Source of the DNA: Candidatus Uhrbacteria bacterium
Lineage (GTDB): Bacteria > Patescibacteriota > Patescibacteriia > UBA9934
Direction: 5' to 3'
Assembly: GCA_943354605.1 (NCBI GenBank)
Contig: CALRCK010000001.1
Location: 84,936-148,935, forward strand
Length of the DNA stretch: 64,000 nucleotides
Part shown: in pieces, positions 61,813-64,000 of the stretch
Layout of the letters: the number at the start of each line of letters is the position of its first letter
How positions within the stretch are numbered: the stretch's first letter is position 1
Made by a program: the position numbers and the translations under genes
Notes under the pieces: generated by a model
Database searches by the model: none
The model's input: the letters and a program-made list of their open reading frames with translations, nothing else
What the model was told of the DNA's origin: nothing

Positions 61813-64000
61813 ATGCAAAGTCATTCCGATCAAGAAAAGGAACTTTTAGAATCTTGGGAGAAGAATCGCATTTTTGAGCGCTCGGTGGAGGAGCGGCCGG
61901 AAGATAAACGATACACCTTTTACGACGGCCCGCCGTTTGCGACGGGTTTGCCACATTACGGCAGTATTTTACCGTCGGTGATTAAGGACGTGGTTCCTCG
62001 GTACTGGACCATGAAGGGTTATCGCGTGGAGCGAGTGTGGGGCTGGGATTGTCATGGAGTTCCGATTGAAAACATGATCGAGCAGGAGCTTGGACTGAAG
62101 GGCGGAAAGAAGGGAATTGAGGAGCTCGGTATCGATAAGTTCAATGCTGCATGTCGCGCAGCAATTCTGCGTTTCGATAAAGAATGGGAAGTCATCATCA
62201 AGCGCGTTGCACGGTGGGTTGATTTCAAACACTCGTACAAAACCATGGACAACACGTTCATGGAGAGTGTCTGGTGGGGGTTCAAGGAGTTGTACGAAAA
62301 GAAGCTGGTTCGCGAAGGCAAACGCGTGATTTTGTATTGTCCACGCTGCGCAACGCCACTCAGCAACTTTGAGATTGCGATGGATAACTCGTACAAAGAT
62401 GTTGAAGACAATTCGCTGTACGTAAAGTTTAAGCGTAAGGGAACGGACAATGAATATTTTCTTGCTTGGACGACTACTCCGTGGACGCTCCCGGGAAACG
62501 TCGGCCTCGCCGTTGATCGCGATGCGGAATACGTGAAAGTCCAGGTTGGTGATGAATTCGTCTGGATGGCGAAGCAGCGCATGGAGGCGATAACTTCTCT
62601 CCCCACATTTATGGGGGGAGTCGGAGGGGGGCTTGATTCTGGATCGATCGTCGAAACCGTGAAGGGCTCCGATCTTCTCGGTATCGAATATGGACCGCTC
62701 TATTCGTACATGCCGCTTGATGGCAAGAAGGCACATTACATTCTTCCAGCAACATTCGTGTCGCTCGACGACGGAACCGGAATTGTGCACACCGCGGCTG
62801 TTTTTGGCGAAGACGACTACAAACTTGCACAAGAGTTCGATCTTCCGTGCGTTTCAACGCTCGATGATCAAGGGAAGTTTCTCGATTTCGTCGAGCCGTT
62901 GAAAGGTGTGTTCTTCAAGAAAGCAGAGCAATGGATTATTGACGATCTTCAAAAAAGAAACTTAGTTTGTGCAGTAACGAAGTTTGTTCACTCATATCCA
63001 ATGTGCTATCGCTGCTCCACACCGCTCTACTACAACGCGGTGCCGGCGTGGTTTATTGATGTGCAATCGCTCAAGCCACAGCTCATCGCGCAGAATGAGA
63101 ATATCAATTGGTATCCAGAGCATTTGAAGAAAGGACGATTCGGAAAAGGTCTCGAGACCGCACCAGATTGGAACATCTCACGTTCACGATATTGGGGAAC
63201 GCCGATGCCGGTGTGGGTGGCGGAAGACGGCACGCGCCGTGTTGTTGGTTCCTTCAACGAGCTGAAAACATGGGCCGTTGATCTGTCGCGAGTAGAATCG
63301 CTTACAGATTTCCATCGTGAGTTTATTGATCCGATCGATGTGTGGGTGGATGACGCGAGGACGAAAAAAGGGAAGCGCATTCCGGAGGTGTTCGATTGTT
63401 GGGTGGAATCTGGATCAATGCCATTTGCGGCGATCCATGCGCCGTTTGAGAATAAGGAGAAGTTCGCCGCGGCATTCCCGGCTCAATTCATCACCGAATA
63501 CATCGCCCAGACTCGAGCGTGGTTCTATGTGATGCACGTGATGTCTGTGGCGCTGTTTGGACGAAATGCGTACGAAAATGTTCTGACGACGGGAACAATT
63601 CTTGCTGACGACGGGCAGAAGATGAGTAAGTCAAAAAAGAATTACCCGGATCCAACAATCTTGATTGAAAAACACAGTGCCGATGCATTGCGGTTCTATT
63701 TGATGTCGCAACCGCTGGTAAACGGTGAGAATTTGAATTTCAACGAATCTGGCGTTGATGAGGTTTCCAAGAAGTTCATCACCATCATGAAGAACGTGGT
63801 GTCGTTCTATGGGTTGTACAAAGAGCACGACGACGGGCGAACGCCGTCCAACGTGCATGTGCTCGACCAATGGATCATGGCACGCATCGCACAAACACTT
63901 GGAGAAGAAACGACAGCCATCGAACGATACGATCTTTCCGACGCAGCCCGATCGCTCCAATCATTCGTGACCGATCTTTCCACGTGGTATGTTCGCCGAT
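61813..64000 (+). CDS. ileS: Isoleucyl-tRNA synthetase (type 2), 3'-truncated by the window edge
   Basis: Manual translation gives FYDGPPFATGLPHYG, GWDCHG, AWTTTPWTLPGN, DWNISRSRYWG and KMSKS. Confidence 0.96.
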   Translation, partial: MQSHSDQEKELLESWEKNRIFERSVEERPEDKRYTFYDGPPFATGLPHYGSILPSVIKDVVPRYWTMKGYRVERVWGWDCHGVPIENMIEQELGLKGGKKGIEELGIDKFNAACRAAILRFDKEWEVIIKRVARWVDFKHSYKTMDNTFMESVWWGFKELYEKKLVREGKRVILYCPRCATPLSNFEIAMDNSYKDVEDNSLYVKFKRKGTDNEYFLAWTTTPWTLPGNVGLAVDRDAEYVKVQVGDEFVWMAKQRMEAITSLPTFMGGVGGGLDSGSIVETVKGSDLLGIEYGPLYSYMPLDGKKAHYILPATFVSLDDGTGIVHTAAVFGEDDYKLAQEFDLPCVSTLDDQGKFLDFVEPLKGVFFKKAEQWIIDDLQKRNLVCAVTKFVHSYPMCYRCSTPLYYNAVPAWFIDVQSLKPQLIAQNENINWYPEHLKKGRFGKGLETAPDWNISRSRYWGTPMPVWVAEDGTRRVVGSFNELKTWAVDLSRVESLTDFHREFIDPIDVWVDDARTKKGKRIPEVFDCWVESGSMPFAAIHAPFENKEKFAAAFPAQFITEYIAQTRAWFYVMHVMSVALFGRNAYENVLTTGTILADDGQKMSKSKKNYPDPTILIEKHSADALRFYLMSQPLVNGENLNFNESGVDEVSKKFITIMKNVVSFYGLYKEHDDGRTPSNVHVLDQWIMARIAQTLGEETTAIERYDLSDAARSLQSFVTDLSTWYVRR
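62597..62634. repeat. Single arm of the 8208-8294 palindromic element, in frame in ileS
   Basis: 37 of 38 nt are identical to 8257-8294. It encodes SLPTFMGGVGGGL. Confidence 0.85.

Overview
This window looks like a Patescibacteria (CPR, Parcubacteria/ABY1-like) chromosome segment. That assignment is inferred from the tandem CPR-type pilins, the TrmB-family regulators, the split transketolase and an unlinked 23S-5S operon. Ordinary content: a six-gene pilin array, envelope genes (O-antigen ligase, Wzx flippase, SpoIID, VanW, L,D-transpeptidase, CapA), ruvB, two Nudix hydrolases, ribE, rlmH, 23S and 5S rRNA with no adjacent 16S, four tRNAs, pentose-phosphate and PfkB genes, and a 3'-truncated ileS. 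The most striking pattern is that two gene classes are interleaved. Housekeeping genes are about 50% GC, lack Shine-Dalgarno sites, and often have a -10 box only about 5-14 nt before the ATG. About 12 dispersed orphan genes are GC-rich, mostly have GGAG/GAGG-type SD sites and longer leaders, often sit head-to-head with a housekeeping gene, and several end in a shared 3' motif (GTACGCGTGACACACG-like) followed by a hairpin. This second class includes three C-type-lectin-fold, DGR-target-like genes. It also includes an operon made of a roughly 730-nt hairpin-dense leader, a DUF1874/AcrIII-1-like putative ring nuclease and a MYG1 nuclease. Also seen: a three-copy structured repeat of about 110 nt with compensatory base changes, palindromic repeats inserted in frame inside three proteins (including IleRS), and an unannotated 37-aa histone-H1-like peptide. 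All protein family calls come from motif recognition by eye; no database search was run.
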